A stretch of DNA of 62,084 bases, the filler included, from Choristocarpus tenellus KU-1152 (taxonomy: Eukaryota > Protista > Phaeophyceae): NCBI GenBank assembly GCA_964200185.2. It is 15 parts of 15 records of this genome, joined end to end, with 100 filler letters (N's around TTAATTAATTAA, not from the genome) between each part and the next. Parts side by side here need not be neighbours in the genome. Positions count along the whole stretch, not along the records: positions 38,196 to 41,473 come from CAXNAD020021080.1; positions 41,574 to 45,067 come from CAXNAD020019646.1; positions 45,168 to 48,218 come from CAXNAD020022669.1; positions 48,319 to 52,099 come from CAXNAD020017959.1; positions 52,200 to 55,652 come from CAXNAD020019934.1; 10 more parts are not named here. One strand, 5' to 3'. Shown here piece after piece: positions 39,630-53,752 of this stretch (its first letter is position 1; each line of letters begins with the position of its first letter). A program made the position numbers and the translations under genes. The notes beneath the pieces were generated by a model. The model was not told the origin of the DNA. It did not search any database and worked only from the letters and a program-made list of their open reading frames with translations.

Positions 39630-39830
39630 ACAACACGCTCCAGAAGCTTACCTCCACAGGATGTATACCTCCAGTCCACAAGCCTGTAGATGACAATGAT
39701 GCACGTGCAGGACTCCTGATGTACAAGTCGTCAAGTATGCTGGTTCTCTCACTTGGATTATTCCCTTCGTAAGTATCGTCAATATCATCATATAAAAGAA
39801 AGTGGGAGCGATTTACCACCTGAAGCATGG
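39630..39830. repeat. Dispersed repeat, with copies at ~56445-56640 and ~29455-29532
   Basis: Shared AAGCTTACC..GGATxTx..CTCCA; the 39630 and 56445 copies also share AAGTATGCTGGxTCTCTCACTTxGATTATTCCCTTC..ATCATATAxAA. Confidence 0.65.
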
Positions 39831-40850
39831 TAATAAATAAATAATAGTCAACAAGTACAAATATATCAAATCTAGGACTTCAAGGTCATGATAAGTGCTT
39901 GATGAAACCGCCATCAAGACATATTGCCTGTAATAGTATACACCTTGTTCCTTTCTTTCCATCTCACCCTCATCTATAGTTTTCAAGTAAGTAAGTACCT
40001 ACTTACTATGACGTAAGGAAAGCTCGAGTGAGGTTAAGAAAAGTATTGACGTACCTTCCGTATAAACGCCTTTTGAGGAGAAGAAAATGCTTAATCTCAG
40101 TTATTTTCTGGTGTAATTGGGGACTGTATCTTGATATATAGTACCGATGAATATTTGTAAATATTCCTCGGACACCTTATTCTTCCCTTCTACCTTTAGT
40201 CCAACATTGTTTCTATAAACAGTTTTCACAGAAAAATGTTGAGGGGGTGTTTGCCCCAGATCGTGACTTTTTTTTTGCTGTCTGGTGGGGCCTGACCTGT
40301 AATACCTTCATAAATAGTTTAGAATTCCTTTTTGACCAATTTGAAGGTCAAAGTTACGCATAGAGACCCCCCAACTACACAAGTACGCTGAGCTCGTCTA
40401 TCATCAAATTTTGTACAAGGCAGGAACAGACAGCCCTCCTGGCACAGTTCACTCCTTCTACTCAGGACAGCCCATCTGTGCACGTTTCTTCCTGGTTTTG
40501 CCCGAGCACCATAGGAGCTTAGTGGCGGATGTTTTCCTTCTCTTTCCACCCCAGCACAACCCACCCATTGTTTCTTTCTTTCTGGGACTGCTGGTGCAGC
40601 ATAGTGAGTTTAGTGCAGGAGTTCCTCATTCTCTTTCCATCACAGCACAGCCCTACCTTGTTACCCATCCACATCATTGCGCGATGCAGTACCGCATCTT
40701 GACCATCAAAAAGTTGTCAATAATCCACTACATGGTTTGTTGCCAGCGAGATACAAGAATATATAGCAGGATTATCGATCCACAGCATTGTCGCAACACA
40801 TTCGTCTGATACATTTAATTCTCTAGACATATGCAAATGTTGACAAACCA

Positions 40851-41028
40851 GGGTCAAAGTATCTTGGGGGGGGCGGTGGTTTGTGAGGGGGCGTCCGTTT
40901 CGGTCCAACAACTTTGTTTTTTGCTGACATTTCAAATCCGATACGTGCGACCAAATCACACCAAAAAAGTTAAAATCGAAAAAGGGTGAAAAACGGACGC
41001 TGACACCCCCCCCCAGATACCTTTACCC
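40851..41028. mobile_element. MITE family B, second arm combination, ~178 bp
   Basis: GGGTCAAAGTATCTTGGGGG...CCCCAGATACCTTTACCC. No TSD visible. Confidence 0.75.
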
Positions 41029-42504
41029 TTTAGGAGCTTGGTCCAGAGGAATTAAATTGCAGTAAGATCGAAGTGTGTTAACTGCTTGCAATGCATATAT
41101 CATTGATAGTGCTTGAGCGACAACACCCAGTGTGCTTGTTATGCTCTGTCTAGGTAGACCCTACAGAAGCGAAGTCTTTTTGAGATGGTGTTCTTTTTTA
41201 CACAGCCCCACCTGGTAAGTATATGAAAGGAAAAAGCAAAAGAAGAGGACAGACGATTCCTTGGAACACTTTCCATTAACAAAGTACATTTCGCCTTTAT
41301 TCTGCACCGCCAACCCACCAATCCAGGGCTGCCGGGGAGGCCGCTCAGTCTGCTTGGACTGGTCTAGTCAACTCACCCTCCTACTGCCTTTTTTTGGTGG
41401 GTCAAAGTATCTTGGGGGGGGGGGGGGGGGGGTTTTTTGCCTCTCTCTGGTCGGTTAATACAAATTTTTTATTNNNNNNNNNNNNNNNNNNNNNNNNNNN
41501 NNNNNNNNNNNNNNNNNTTAATTAATTAANNNNNNNNNNNNNNNNNNNNNNNNNNNNNNNNNNNNNNNNNNNNCCCTCGCACTCCATCACTTGTCTTCCA
41601 CAGTTTGAAAGGTGTTTGGGTGGCTTGGTGGCTAGGAGGGGCCTGTGTTTCATTTTTTTAGTAATTGGTGACAGTAATTTTTGATGATCTTGCTTGAAAA
41701 TCATTGGTTTAAAAAAAAAATACTGGTTCTGCTGAAATGCAACTATGGAGGTGTGCTGCTGTAGTTATCAAGAAATTTATGTGTATCTTCTACTGAGAGG
41801 GGTTGCACCCTCCTATATTAACAACCTCTTGTTCTTGAAATAACGGTCTTCCTCCTGTTTTTCGCTGCTGCTGTTGTGGTGATGGAACATAGCACTCATG
41901 TTAGCCCTAACCCTTTTCTTTTTCTTTGCTCTAAATGTATATATATATATATATTTTTCTATTACAGGTAGAGGATAATATTCCATGGGTGTATAGCCTC
42001 TAGTTGTGTAGTATCAGTGTCAGGGTACAAAATAAACATAAAGTTAAGTTGTTGATGTTGGCGAAATGGTATGGCTAACTAGTTAACTAGTGCGAAAGAA
42101 ACCGATGGCGGTATGATGTATCATATACCGTCAATGGTATATATATAATATGTACATTGGAGGTATACCTTATAGCATTTCATTGGTCAACTGCTGAATT
42201 CCCCAAGTTATGCTGGTTGGTGTTGATATTTGATTTGGAAGATGTGGCGAGATCACATCAAAGAGGTACTGAATTTGTAGACACCCAACCATGAATCATC
42301 AAAATCATCAGGCCAACACTTGTTTGGCTGTATTTATTTGGTGGTGTCAAAATTGAAGTGAGATCGATCCTCCTCTACCTTAGTGCCAAACCACTCCAAT
42401 TAATATTGAATGTCTTTAAAATAGGCATTTTGTTTTAACTCTATATGAACTCCCCCCCCCCCCTCTTCACATGTTCAATGGTGCTTTTAAATGATTGATT
42501 GCAG

Positions 42505-42774
42505 GAAAGAAGTCCATTTGGATAGCCTCTCTGTAGTATGGGCTTGTCTATTCCCAGGTGAGAAGAGCACATGTGGGGAGGATAAAGTATCAGGATAAAG
42601 TATCAACTGCGAGAAGGGGTATTGAGTGGACTGACTTCATCATCGACCCAAAAGTGCAGACCAAAAGTGCAGACTGATGTAGAAGCCTTGTCACTACTTG
42701 GAGACTTGTGGGTCAATGATGAACTGATTGAGCCAGGCATTGTCCCTCAGTCTCTGATAGTCAACATATAGACA

Positions 42775-42829
<55 letters not shown>

Positions 42830-43730
42830 CACTTTTCTGTTCCGATAAGGTACCAAGTGTATTGTGTGCAAGAGTAGCTTCCCCTGTGCTGAGGAGAGTT
42901 ATGCCAACGCCTTTCCAGTTTTTTAATGTGGTGTTGGTGTTTGATGATACAAAATAGCACTTTAAATTGAATCGGATATAAAATATATAAATTTCGTAGT
43001 CTCTTTTTAGAGTGCAATACAGTAATGCAGGATTTCGCCTTTGTTCAACTGGTAGATTGAAGTTGAGATGAGAAAACATATTAATTTATCTTGACGCTAT
43101 CATACAGAGCCTTATTTATTTTATTTATAGAGGTAGTTGAAACCTTTCCCTTTCTTGTTTTGATTGGTGTTGATATTGTGATCGCGATGTCAGGGGAGGA
43201 CTTCTTGGGACCAGAGTCTGCGCGATGGGAGGAAGCGGGTTTTCAGGGGGTGAGTTGGCGTTTATGGTTGAGTTTTTAGCCAAGGAGAGAGGAGATGTAA
43301 CAAAAGTATGTTTGTGAGGAATGTTGAAGGCTTTTGTTCTTATGGTGTGGGGGGGGGGAAGGGGAGGGCTGCAGTTTATGACCCTCTTCCTCACTATGTG
43401 TTGCCTGATACTGGTTGTACTGGTTGTACTGGTTGTGTTGAACAAGTTGGTCAGTGATTGTACTCTCCTATTCATAGAAAGAAAAGGACATAAATGCGAT
43501 GCTACTCTCTGTCCTTGCACGTTCATTTCCCGTGTGTCTTCCTTTTTAAGAAGGGTGTAGTTCTCCTGAAATATATTTATTTGTATACTTGATACTTGTG
43601 TTGGTTTGTTCTGTGGGTATAAAATGGCATGTTTTTGAAACTTCAGGCAGATGTATCGGTTGACTTCAGGGGCACAGGCATCCTCACTCTGAAGAGCTTG
43701 GAGTATTTCTGCAACAACAACGGGCTGAAG
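42505..43730 (+). CDS. ELMOD: ELMO/CED-12 domain protein (ELMOD-like), three internal exons
   Basis: Exons 42505-42557, 43194-43249 and 43647-43730 join in frame: KEVHLDSLSVVWACLFPGEDFLGPESARWEEAGFQGADVSVDFRGTGILTLKSLEYFC, matching the ELMO WxxxGFQGxDxxxDFRGxGxLxLxxLxYF motif. Confidence 0.88.
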
Positions 43731-45199
43731 GTGAGATCTGGAAATGGTTAGCATGTACAGGACCTGGTTGGGCTGCATTATCACAGGCCCCCTGAATCTC
43801 TCTCCTTGTTGTGAAGGGTTAGGGAGAACACCACGAGACAGCAGAATCCATGTGTGTGTTTGTGTGTGTGTCTATTGTCTGGTTGGACAAAGAGCTTTTA
43901 AAAAGAGTTATCGTATCGCTTGCATTATTATTGCTGGTGGAAAATGACTACCTTTGAAATTTATTCTAATGTTATTATCTATATCNNNNNNNNNNCTATT
44001 AATGAATATCCTCAAAATACTATCAACTAGTTTTTCTCTGCTCAATTATTATATTTGCGACAAAACCATTTTTGTTATCTACAGCTCTATAATAATAGCA
44101 AAAAATAATAGATTTTCTATTGAGTGTAGTACTTCGAGCACAGTCATTACTGTATCAGGAGTGAGATGGCGGTTGAGGGTCATCACTCCTCTTGCACTGT
44201 GTTATGAGGGCTGTTTGAGAGGGTGGTTGATACGGTTGCTGGTTTGGTGTGCTGTAGTGTGTGTGTGTGGTATGGAGATTTTTTTTTGGTTATCATTTAG
44301 GAAACCCTTTTGAATGTGTTCTTGTGATGGTTGAGGATTTTACGTATAAGTACATGTGTGTGTTTCAATAGTGCTGATTGGTGATGAGGGGGAGGTGTAA
44401 TAGGATGGAATAATATTTCTTATAGCTCTTTTATCGTATTAGATAATATATGGTACTAGAAGGTACGACGAGTTCGTCATATCGTCCCTTGAGTGGTGTG
44501 GGAAACCCTTGTAGGCATGAACCATTAAGATGGAAGCATACAGTTAGAGAGGTATGTTTGAGGGCAACTTGCAGAATCCAGAAGTTTCCCAATAGTTATC
44601 AGAAGTGCAAATAGATGGTGTAGGGTCATAGGTCATGATTAGGCTAGGGTGGGCAATAGAGTGTTCAGTGATGGTTGTGATAAGTACCTTCCCTGTTGTA
44701 ATGTGTAAGAAGTGTGTATTGTTTTGCCTTGATTGACCTATTGGGATGATTGGGCATTGTTGTGGTGGTTTCATTGCTTCCAGTTCATTAGCCCGGTTTG
44801 GTTTGGTTTACCACAGCCAATTTGTTGGAGGTTTTGTGGTTGGGTATCCCTTGTATTCATAGGAGAGGATGCAGTCAAGTGCCGTGTGAGTTGTTGTGAT
44901 ACTGGAGTGTTAGACTAGATACCACTTTGTCTTTTTCTTTTTTTTGTGGATGTTTGTTATTATTATTATTATTTATGTTATTTGGCACAATGTCCCTTGC
45001 AAAATGAGTACTACACAGTAGCCACTTCTGACATGACCCTCTCCCCCCCACCCCCCCCCCCCCCCCCNNNNNNNNNNNNNNNNNNNNNNNNNNNNNNNNN
45101 NNNNNNNNNNNTTAATTAATTAANNNNNNNNNNNNNNNNNNNNNNNNNNNNNNNNNNNNNNNNNNNNCCTGGTGTAGACCCCCCCCCCCTCCCAGATAC

Positions 45200-46306
45200 T
45201 TTGGGTCACATTGACCGTTTGTGTTAACATTTTTCCTCTCAATCAACAAGTCCCATCCCTGCCTCCCCTTCCAGAACGCTGGGAATTTGGGAGGGAAATA
45301 CCTCGTCAGAGGATTGCCCTTTTTGCGAGGCAGTTGGGGGGTTGATGTGGGTCACTAACATGATCGGGCCAGATGTGGCTAATGCAGTGAGAGCTGTAGC
45401 CCATCATTCACATGCTTCAAGCCATGTCCACTGGAGAGGTGTGACCCAGATCGTCAAGTACCTCAAAGGAACGAAGGAGTTGAGCTCAACCTTCGAGAAA
45501 GGAGCAGGACTGAAACTAGTGGCCTCTGCTGATGCATACTTCGCCCATGAGACTTTTTGACAGACGTTCTGTATCGGGAGGGGTAGTGATATGTGTGGGG
45601 GGAGCAGTAGTCTGGCTTTCTAAGACCTAGCGTATCATTGTACAGTCCACTGCAGAGGCTGAGTACGTAGCCATGGGGGGCTGTGTGAAGGAGTTGTTGT
45701 TTTTGAGGGGTGTGTTGGAATTTGTTCGACCTGATGTTTCTGGATCTTGCTATGTGGTGTATGAGGACACCATAGGGGCCATCCATTTGGCAAACAGTCC
45801 TTTGAGTTCTGACAGGACCAAAAGGACATAGGTGTGAGGCACCATTTCCTGAGGGAATTGGTCACAAATGAGCAAACACATATCGTTCGTGTTAACTCGG
45901 ATGAGCAGCATGTAGATGTGCTGACCAAGCCTCTAGTAGAGGAATCATATTTTGGAGGCATGCAAGGGCTTTGCTGAATCTAGAATATGTTTAGTGGTTT
46001 GTTTTCGTTGGATTTTGAATCCTTTGTATTCGTTTGGACTTTCTTCTTCAGTGAGTTGAGTAGCTAATTATGTCTAGTTACCTTTCATAGTTGTTTGAGC
46101 TAGGGAGGGTGTTCGAATAGACTCTTCCAACTGTTAACGAATACCACTAGCATTACACATGCAGATTCAGAATACAATAATTGTTAGTTGGTTAACTCAT
46201 ATTTGTTCTTGTGTATGAACGAATAGATAGGAATTGATCCCATTAAGCATGGTGTTTTGAGATTATATGGTCGCCCCCTCTACTTGGGAATAATCAATCT
46301 TCAACA
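45200..46306 (+). mobile_element. Ty1/Copia remnant: RT C-terminus, RNase H, PPT and putative 3' LTR
   Basis: EAVGGLMW..PDVANAVR..HWRGV..YLKGT, SADA, STAEAEYVA, YEDT.GAI, HHFLRE and HVDVLTKPL. PPT AGGGAGGG is followed by TGTT...AACA (46110-46306). Confidence 0.88.
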
Positions 46307-48397
46307 TTTGGTAGTACTCCTGTATTTTTCTCTTCTATCCGTACATGAGCCAGGGGATACTTTATCAAACAATGGTTCACAGGTCCAATGAGGTCGGCCC
46401 TGGGTCCTTTTTCTTGGGGCGGCCGGCGTAACCTTTGAGATTAAACCAAAAATGAGGGTTGGAAGGGGCAGACTAACTGTAGAAGGGTTTGAGAGGTGAT
46501 AGAATTACATAAGTGGAATCGAGGGAAAGACGTGCAGGGATAAGCGAAGAAGGTAGCCAATTCTAACATTGGAATATGGTAATTCTTAAGATAAATGAAA
46601 GGGTTGTGAATAGTTGACAGGATGCAGACCAGGAGGGAAGAAATGCGTCTGCAGAAGGAATCCCTAGATGATAAAAAGGCTCTACTCAAGTTTACCCTAA
46701 CTATTCCAGTCTACAGTTTAATGACAAGAGGAATCACTCGGTAAGGAAGGGAAGATTCAGGAGTTGGGTGAACTGCAGTCAACGTATATCTGAGGACTGT
46801 CTATACCCTCTGAAGGCAAGGATGAGAAAAGGGGGAGAAGCTTGTACATAGAAAAGGTTTAAGAATTGACTTGACCACGGGAGCCGGAGTTGGAGGTACA
46901 CATAGGCATAGACTATAGGTGTCTCTATCTCGCCAGGAAATTCAACTAAGTTAGTAAAGTAGGGCGTAAGATATATAAAGGTTCCATTCCTTGGCTCTCT
47001 CTTGATTCTTCGTTTGCTCACTTATAACTTCCATTTCCTTCGCTCTAAGAGGGTCTTGGAGCACTGTTTTAGATGTACGTATCAGAACCCGAATGTTTTC
47101 TTTGATCCCAGTGGTTCAAAGTATCTGGGGGGTGTGGCGGCTGCCCATTTGGAGTCAATTTTTTAATGTCGCTATTTTTGGGTGGTTTGGTTGCATACGT
47201 CGGATAGATAGGTAGTTAGGAGGTAGAAAGGAAGACAGGGGTAGAGTGTAGGTGGCTCTGGTCGAGGAGTGAGGGCTACAAAGTTGACAAATAAAAGGAG
47301 AGGAAATATTTCGAAGTATATAACTTCCCATAGGTAACGAACATGCTCTTGATCTCCCAACTGCCCACACAGCATACCCACTTGTTTCACCAGGCGGGAT
47401 AGGAAGAGATAATGAAGGCATGGAGAATCCGCCATGGAATGAGATACCAAATGTGGGGAGTACAGATGGGACGGCCATGAAGAACCAGGCGACATTCATA
47501 TTTAGGATAAAAGGAAGACAGCCCAGGCAAAACAGGAAGTATCGCACACCCTAAAGCAGGATAGGGCAAGCATCGAGGATGGCGACTATAGGAACACTTG
47601 AGCCAGTTGGACAGAGGGAGGGCAGATGGGAGTATCAGTTTTTTACGATGTACGTGAGGACTAACCAGGGGATGAGGTCGGAGGGAGGGGGCAACATTTC
47701 AAAGGTAGTAAGACGAGATACCAGGGCTATTTGATACATTAGAAAATGTGGAAGAGACTCAGTTCTAATTCTCAATTGCTCATATGTCACATACTGAAAT
47801 TGAATGTTTTCAAACTTACTACTGTAACCGTACAAAGCTCAACGGTAAGTCACAATAGTTTACTGTACAGGGCAGTATGCGTCCGATGGGGATACTTGAT
47901 TTGTAAAGAACCATTACTATCAGAGGGCATAATGATGTATAAGCGCGTTTTAAGCTGGAGACACCAGGGCGGTGGGCAAGGAGGGCCTGTCAGATTCTTG
48001 GGATGCTTGCTTAGATCCTCGCCCTGTGGTGCAGGGCTAGAGCTAAGCTAGGTTAAAGGCATAGCAGCAGTCTACACTTAACAATGTAATTACGAGTTTT
48101 ACCCGAGTGCTGTAGCATAGCTGGTAATACAATAGTAAATAGATTTTGGAGAGATATCTTTCACGTTATGACAATTGGGTCAAAGTATCTGGGGGAGGGG
48201 GGAGTGATTTGTGAGGGGNNNNNNNNNNNNNNNNNNNNNNNNNNNNNNNNNNNNNNNNNNNNTTAATTAATTAANNNNNNNNNNNNNNNNNNNNNNNNNN
48301 NNNNNNNNNNNNNNNNNNTGTGAATGCACTTTTCCTTATTTTCGTCCAAATAGACACCCTGGTGTAGATCCCCCCCCCCCACAGATACTTTGGGTAC

Positions 48398-49360
48398 CAT
48401 CTGGATCCCGTGGCAACCTAAAATATACAAGAGTCTTATCTTAATTGCGTACCAGTGCCGTCATCGACCCTACTTACGCCAAACCAATCCGAACTCATCA
48501 GAGTTTATTCAGCCCACTAACCCTAACCTAGAATCAAGGGGAGTATATCTTAAGATACTTCCAGCGAAATGTACGACAATAGACATTGACCAATAACCCT
48601 TTGTGAACACATCCAGAATCCGTCGACACATGATATCAAAGAAACACAAACTAACCTTAAAGCAAAACCTGACCCTTTTCCCTTCCTTCATGCCAACAAC
48701 TTTAACCCTAACACCCTGAGCGACAACCCCGTTTGTGTATATACTAAATCCGACACACATGCAAGCAAATACAGGAAATACTAAAATTAAAACAGCCCAT
48801 GGTATATGTCTTGGTTCCTCATGCACACACCGGGAGAACAGGCCCTAACTGACAGTCCTTTTTGTGTACATACCAGACGCGACTCATGCAAGCAAATAAA
48901 CGAAAAAACTAACCTCGAAACAGTCCATGGTCTTTTTTCAATTCCTCGTGCTAACACTGGGAAAACACACCCTAACCGATAGTCCTCTTTATGTGCTAAC
49001 CAAATCCCACTCATGCAACCAAACAAACCAATAACTAACCCTGAAGCAACCAGTGGCATATCTCTCATTCCTCATCCTAACTGTACCACCAACATACACC
49101 AACCAATCAATAAGCCTGTTTGAACACATTCAAATCCGACATATGCAAACTTCGAAACTCCTAACCAAGCCCAAATAAATGGTGGCATATATTTCCATTC
49201 CTCTTGCGTACGCAAGGACAGAAGGGAACCTAACCAACAGTCTTCTTTTTTTTGCCCAAATTTCAAATCCGACACGTGCAATCAAATCACACCAAAAAGT
49301 CAAAATCGAAAAAGGATGGAAAACGGACGTCGGCACCCCCCCCCCCAGATACTTTGACCC
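48398..49360 (-). mobile_element. Second copy of the ~950-bp TIR-B-terminated repeat
   Basis: Reverse-complement homology to 18859-19803; ends CCCCAGATACTTTGACCC. Confidence 0.85.
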
Positions 49361-49439
49361 CGGACCTCAGTTCCGACCCAAGTGCCCACAAATCAAGAAG
49401 CAGAAGGCGACTGAAGGGGGTAATACTTGCTTTTTATGA

Positions 49440-51830
49440 GGAGAATTAGGTCACCGAAGTTTTGAATGTCCACAAAGAAAGTTTCCTGCGCCAAGAGGTC
49501 TGGAATCTCAGAACATCCTAAAGAAGAATCGGGTGGGGGAAAGTAGTTGTGGTAATAAGGGAGCAGGAATAAAATCAGACGGATTTGATGCAAGGAGACC
49601 AAGAATATACTTGACCAATAATACCACTGCATCGATGGATGTGAATGTGCTGCACGCGCGATTAGTTGATGTTCACCAGGGGTTGGACAGGAAAGACACT
49701 TTGGCTCAGAACATTTTGTTAACTGGGACAGTCGATGGATGTGAATGTGCTGCATGTGCGATTAGGTGATGTTCATCAGGGGTTGGACAGGAAAGACGCT
49801 TCGGCCCAGAGCGTTTTGTTAACTGGGACATGGGGGCCATCTTGTTGAGGTTGCCCACTCGGCAAGGGTCATAGGTATCCAGTTGCAAAGGAGACAGAGA
49901 ATCGTGATTCTGAAAAGGGGGAAGATGTTTATACGTACTCGACTGGAGCGAATGCAATGTCAGAGGAGGATGTTATGGCATCTAATGACCTCGCCCAGGA
50001 GGGGGCTCGAGGAGTCGATTTCGCACAGGATGAGACTGGTGGTATCGACCTAACCCACGCTGGGGCTAGAGATATCGATCGCACTCAAGAGGGGAGTGGA
50101 TGCAATGTCGATTGTGGAGGATCGATGTTTGATGCTACTACATCAGTGGAGGATGCTGTAGCGAAGTGCATGCTTCCCCCTGAGGGGGTTGAAGTGAATG
50201 ACATAGTCCCAGGGGGACTTGTTGGTGGGGAGGGACCCACCCCAAAGATGGCATTGGCAGTTATTGATCCAGGTGGTGATCTGTCACGGCAGGGGAGTGT
50301 GAGGAAGAAAGTACTCCGACCTATGGATCCCAAAAATAACCCTACAGTTGAACCAGGTCTGGGTGGGACTACGGATGAGTCCAGTCAAGGCGCTGCTAGG
50401 AAAGTTCTGCTAAGTCCTGTGGTAGCAGGAAATGCAAGGGGGTTGGTAATGGAGTCAGAGGAGTGTCCCTTGTGGAATGGGGTCGTGGACCAGGCAATGG
50501 GTATACACAACAGATATTCAAAACCTTGTTGAGTGGAAGTATCTGAGAGGGTACGAGTTTGCCCTGTTTGTCCATTTGGGGCTTGGCTTCCCGTGGGGTT
50601 TTTTATGACATTTTTCCGCTCCAAAATGTTTCGGAGTAGGTCAAATGTATACGTTATGAAAAGGTGTTTCCGGAACAAGGACACTGATACTTCCTTGCAA
50701 ACAAGGTAGCCAAAATTACATCAAAATCGCAACATTGGATTTTGGCCCCCAAATGGACGCGGCCCTAACCTCTAAGATGCTTTGACTCAGTTTTCTTACT
50801 CAATTTAAGCTGGGACAAGATTTTCGACCAGGGTTGATGGATGGGAAAGTGAGAGTGCAAACGTCCAAGGCGGGACTAGTACGGATTGGAAAGGGGCAGA
50901 AAGAGTGATTGCATATTTGTTGAGGACCAGTAAGAGGGGCTTAATTCTTGGTGATTTCAGTTGTTATGGTGATGCACCTAGGGACCAACTCATTGGCTAT
51001 GCTGATGCAGACTACGCCAATTGTGTTATTTTAAGATTTTCTGTGTCTGGTGACGTGGTAATGTTTGAGGGTGCATGTGTGAGCTGGTGGTCTAGAATGC
51101 GTAAGACTGTTACTTTATCTACCACTGAGGCTGAGTATGTGTCGTGTGATTTGACCAAGGAGGTTATGTTTTTGCAGCGAGTCAAATTTTTTCTGGAGCC
51201 AACTGTGCACATGTATTGTGTTTGATTGCTTGAAGATAAGAGTGGGACCATCAAGTTGGCTGAGAAGACGGCTTCATGGGGTAGGACAACACACACAGAT
51301 ATTAGATATCATAATGTAAGGAACTTGGTGAAGGAGTGGAAGGCACAGATTGTCTATGTAAACTCAGGTGAACAACATGGAGATTTGTTTACAAGGCTTT
51401 GAGCAGTAATGTGTTTGAATTCCACCCTAGAACCATGCGCTGTGAATAAGGGGTAGTGTGCAGATTGAGCTCATTAGATTCTTACTGCATGGACAGAGCA
51501 GGGGAGTGTGTCAAGATTTTTCTTGTCCATGTGTGGGAATAAGATTCGAGGTGTGCAGATTGAGTTGATTTAAAGATGGGATTTATTTTTGGACTGATTT
51601 GATTCTCAATGCACAGTCAGAGCAGGGGAGTATGTCAAGGTTATGCCTGACCATTTGTGAGAACAAGATTCGAAGTAATATTTCATGTACACACAGACGA
51701 TGATGCGGGACATTAAGGATATTTAGGTGGGGTATTTGACCAGAAGTAGTTGGCAGAATGCTTTAGTTACTGCAGTTAGTGACTATCAACCTTCTCATTG
51801 CGTACGTGACAGGCCTAGGCACAAACATCC
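49440..51830 (+). mobile_element. Degenerate Ty1/Copia element with internal deletions and a MITE insertion
   Basis: Pre-integrase-like MDVNVLHARL (duplicated as a ~100-bp tandem), a 10-aa DLAQEGARG-like spacer ORF, and RNase H IGYADADYA..SWWS..VTLSTTEAEYV. A duplicated PPT AGAGCAGGGGAGT precedes TGTCAAG. Confidence 0.8.
50531..50788 (+). mobile_element. MITE family A
   Basis: TIRs present; flanks TGTT/AGTT. Confidence 0.88.
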
Positions 51831-53752
51831 TCACAAGATATTGGTATGTGTCAAAATAACCTAACCATGCGATGTGCAGCATAATGGTAGGGTTGCACTG
51901 AACAATGATTGCCAAAACAATATTAGACCACGACCTACCCTCTACCCCATTGAAGAACGCCTTACAACTTAACGGGCTCCCCTAGTTTCTTCTGGGGATT
52001 AAGGAATGGGAGACCCAAAGTATCTGGGAGGGGGGGGGGGGGCTACATCAAGGGCTCCATTTGGGCCAAAATCATGAAAAGTGGTTTTACAGTTTCCATN
52101 NNNNNNNNNNNNNNNNNNNNNNNNNNNNNNNNNNNNNNNNNNNTTAATTAATTAANNNNNNNNNNNNNNNNNNNNNNNNNNNNNNNNNNNNNNNNNNNNC
52201 CGTGGGTACCCAAGTCTCAAATGGACAAACAGGGCAAAAATCGTACCCTCTAAGATACTTTCACTCAACATGGCAAACCATCACATGCCAGTGATCCGTC
52301 CATGACCCACATTGATATGTTTTCTCAACACGAATGAAGGGTAGGGCAGGATACCTCACACGTATCGAAGCTTGCTTCCGTCTCGGCCCATTGACATTGA
52401 GAGCTCGGCAGTCACCTCGATATAGTGCTGTCCAGCAGGGTGTTGATAATGCATGAGCAAACCCCATACATGAGTAGAGCTTCATCGCATTGCGGGGCTC
52501 TAGATGCAGGAAGCGATGGTAGTTGGGGCATGCCTTTTTCGTGTTTGCTATGTGCTGGGAATAGGTTTCTTGAAAGCCCACAAGGTTCAATTGGGACACA
52601 CGGCAGATTTTGACACCCCTCGCTCGATTAGCAACAGTACCGACCGTACAACTAACTCAAAGAGGATATGATCATTTCGTACCATGTCCAAGACGATCAC
52701 CACACCACACAAGATAGTGGCAGTGCAGGGTGATTGATGCCAATAATTGAGGAGACAACAAGGGATGTTGGAAGGTCAATCAAATGCGTCTTATAGGCTC
52801 AGTGTCACGTATAGGCCAGCCCGCGGCCCCAGTGCCAGAAGAGGACCATGGAACAATAACACATCTCTCAATACAGGGCGCACGGGAGGACAGCACTGAG
52901 GGTGCGGCATCTAGCTATGTCTGCAGATGCACCCAGTCCAGTTGTAGAATAAACATACCACCAAAAATAGTATTTTGAAGTAATAATATAGCTATCAGCA
53001 TCAAGCACGCATTGAAGTCCTTGAGCAGGATGACTGCGGATGGCTTACGGTGCAACCTCCATGTTTTTATCCTGGGGCCAGCAGCACTTGCCGGTGCTTG
53101 CTGCTCCGTTTCTTTGTGCCCTGAGGGGGGAGGGAGAGCGGTACGGATGCAGAACACAGCCTACTTGTACTTGCTTCTGCAGCAACCTCGAAGAGATCAG
53201 TGTATATGGCCAATCAGGAACGGTATTGTCAGAAGCTCCCATTCGACTCTCACTAGACGAGACATGTGGGTCTAGACAGACTGCTGTAGGACAACAATAA
53301 TCCCGCACATGTCAACCTCTAGATACTGGCCTCGATAAAAAAAGAAGACATATATGCATACGTTTTGCTCTCCAGTCGGCATTGATCCTTGGTACGTTGA
53401 CACCCACATTACGTCAACAGCAAGAACACTGGGATACACTCCGCCTATTATTAGAATCCCTGCAGAGACGGCCATACTACACAGCAACTCCTTCTAGTTC
53501 GACAACTGTAGTCTCCCATTAGGGGAGGGCTTGCTCTTCTTGTTGAGGAGGTGGTCTGGTTGTAAACTGTCGACTCCATAAAAATGACATACCCACTTCC
53601 CCTTATCAATCCTGGAGCGCCCATGCGTACTGTCACTGTGTGGTGAGTGGAGGGGATAGTAGTACCAAGGGGAACAACAAATACCCCCACGGTACCTTTG
53701 AAATCCTCACGAGAAGGCTAAAATACTTCAACAACAAGCGCCAAAAAGGACA

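Noticed and set aside
43125-43784. 219-aa minus-strand ORF
   Set aside because: Antisense to ELMOD exons and intron, low complexity, no motif.
49957-50532. 191-aa ORF with 10-aa repeats as a host gene
   Set aside because: It lies between Copia pre-integrase and RNase H remnants and is best explained as Copia pol spacer.
52280-53700. Possible decayed CRE-like RT (ISIKHALKSLSR resembles D.KNAFNS.SR); similar hints at 38300-38640 and 55820-56400
   Set aside because: Too degenerate to support without a search.
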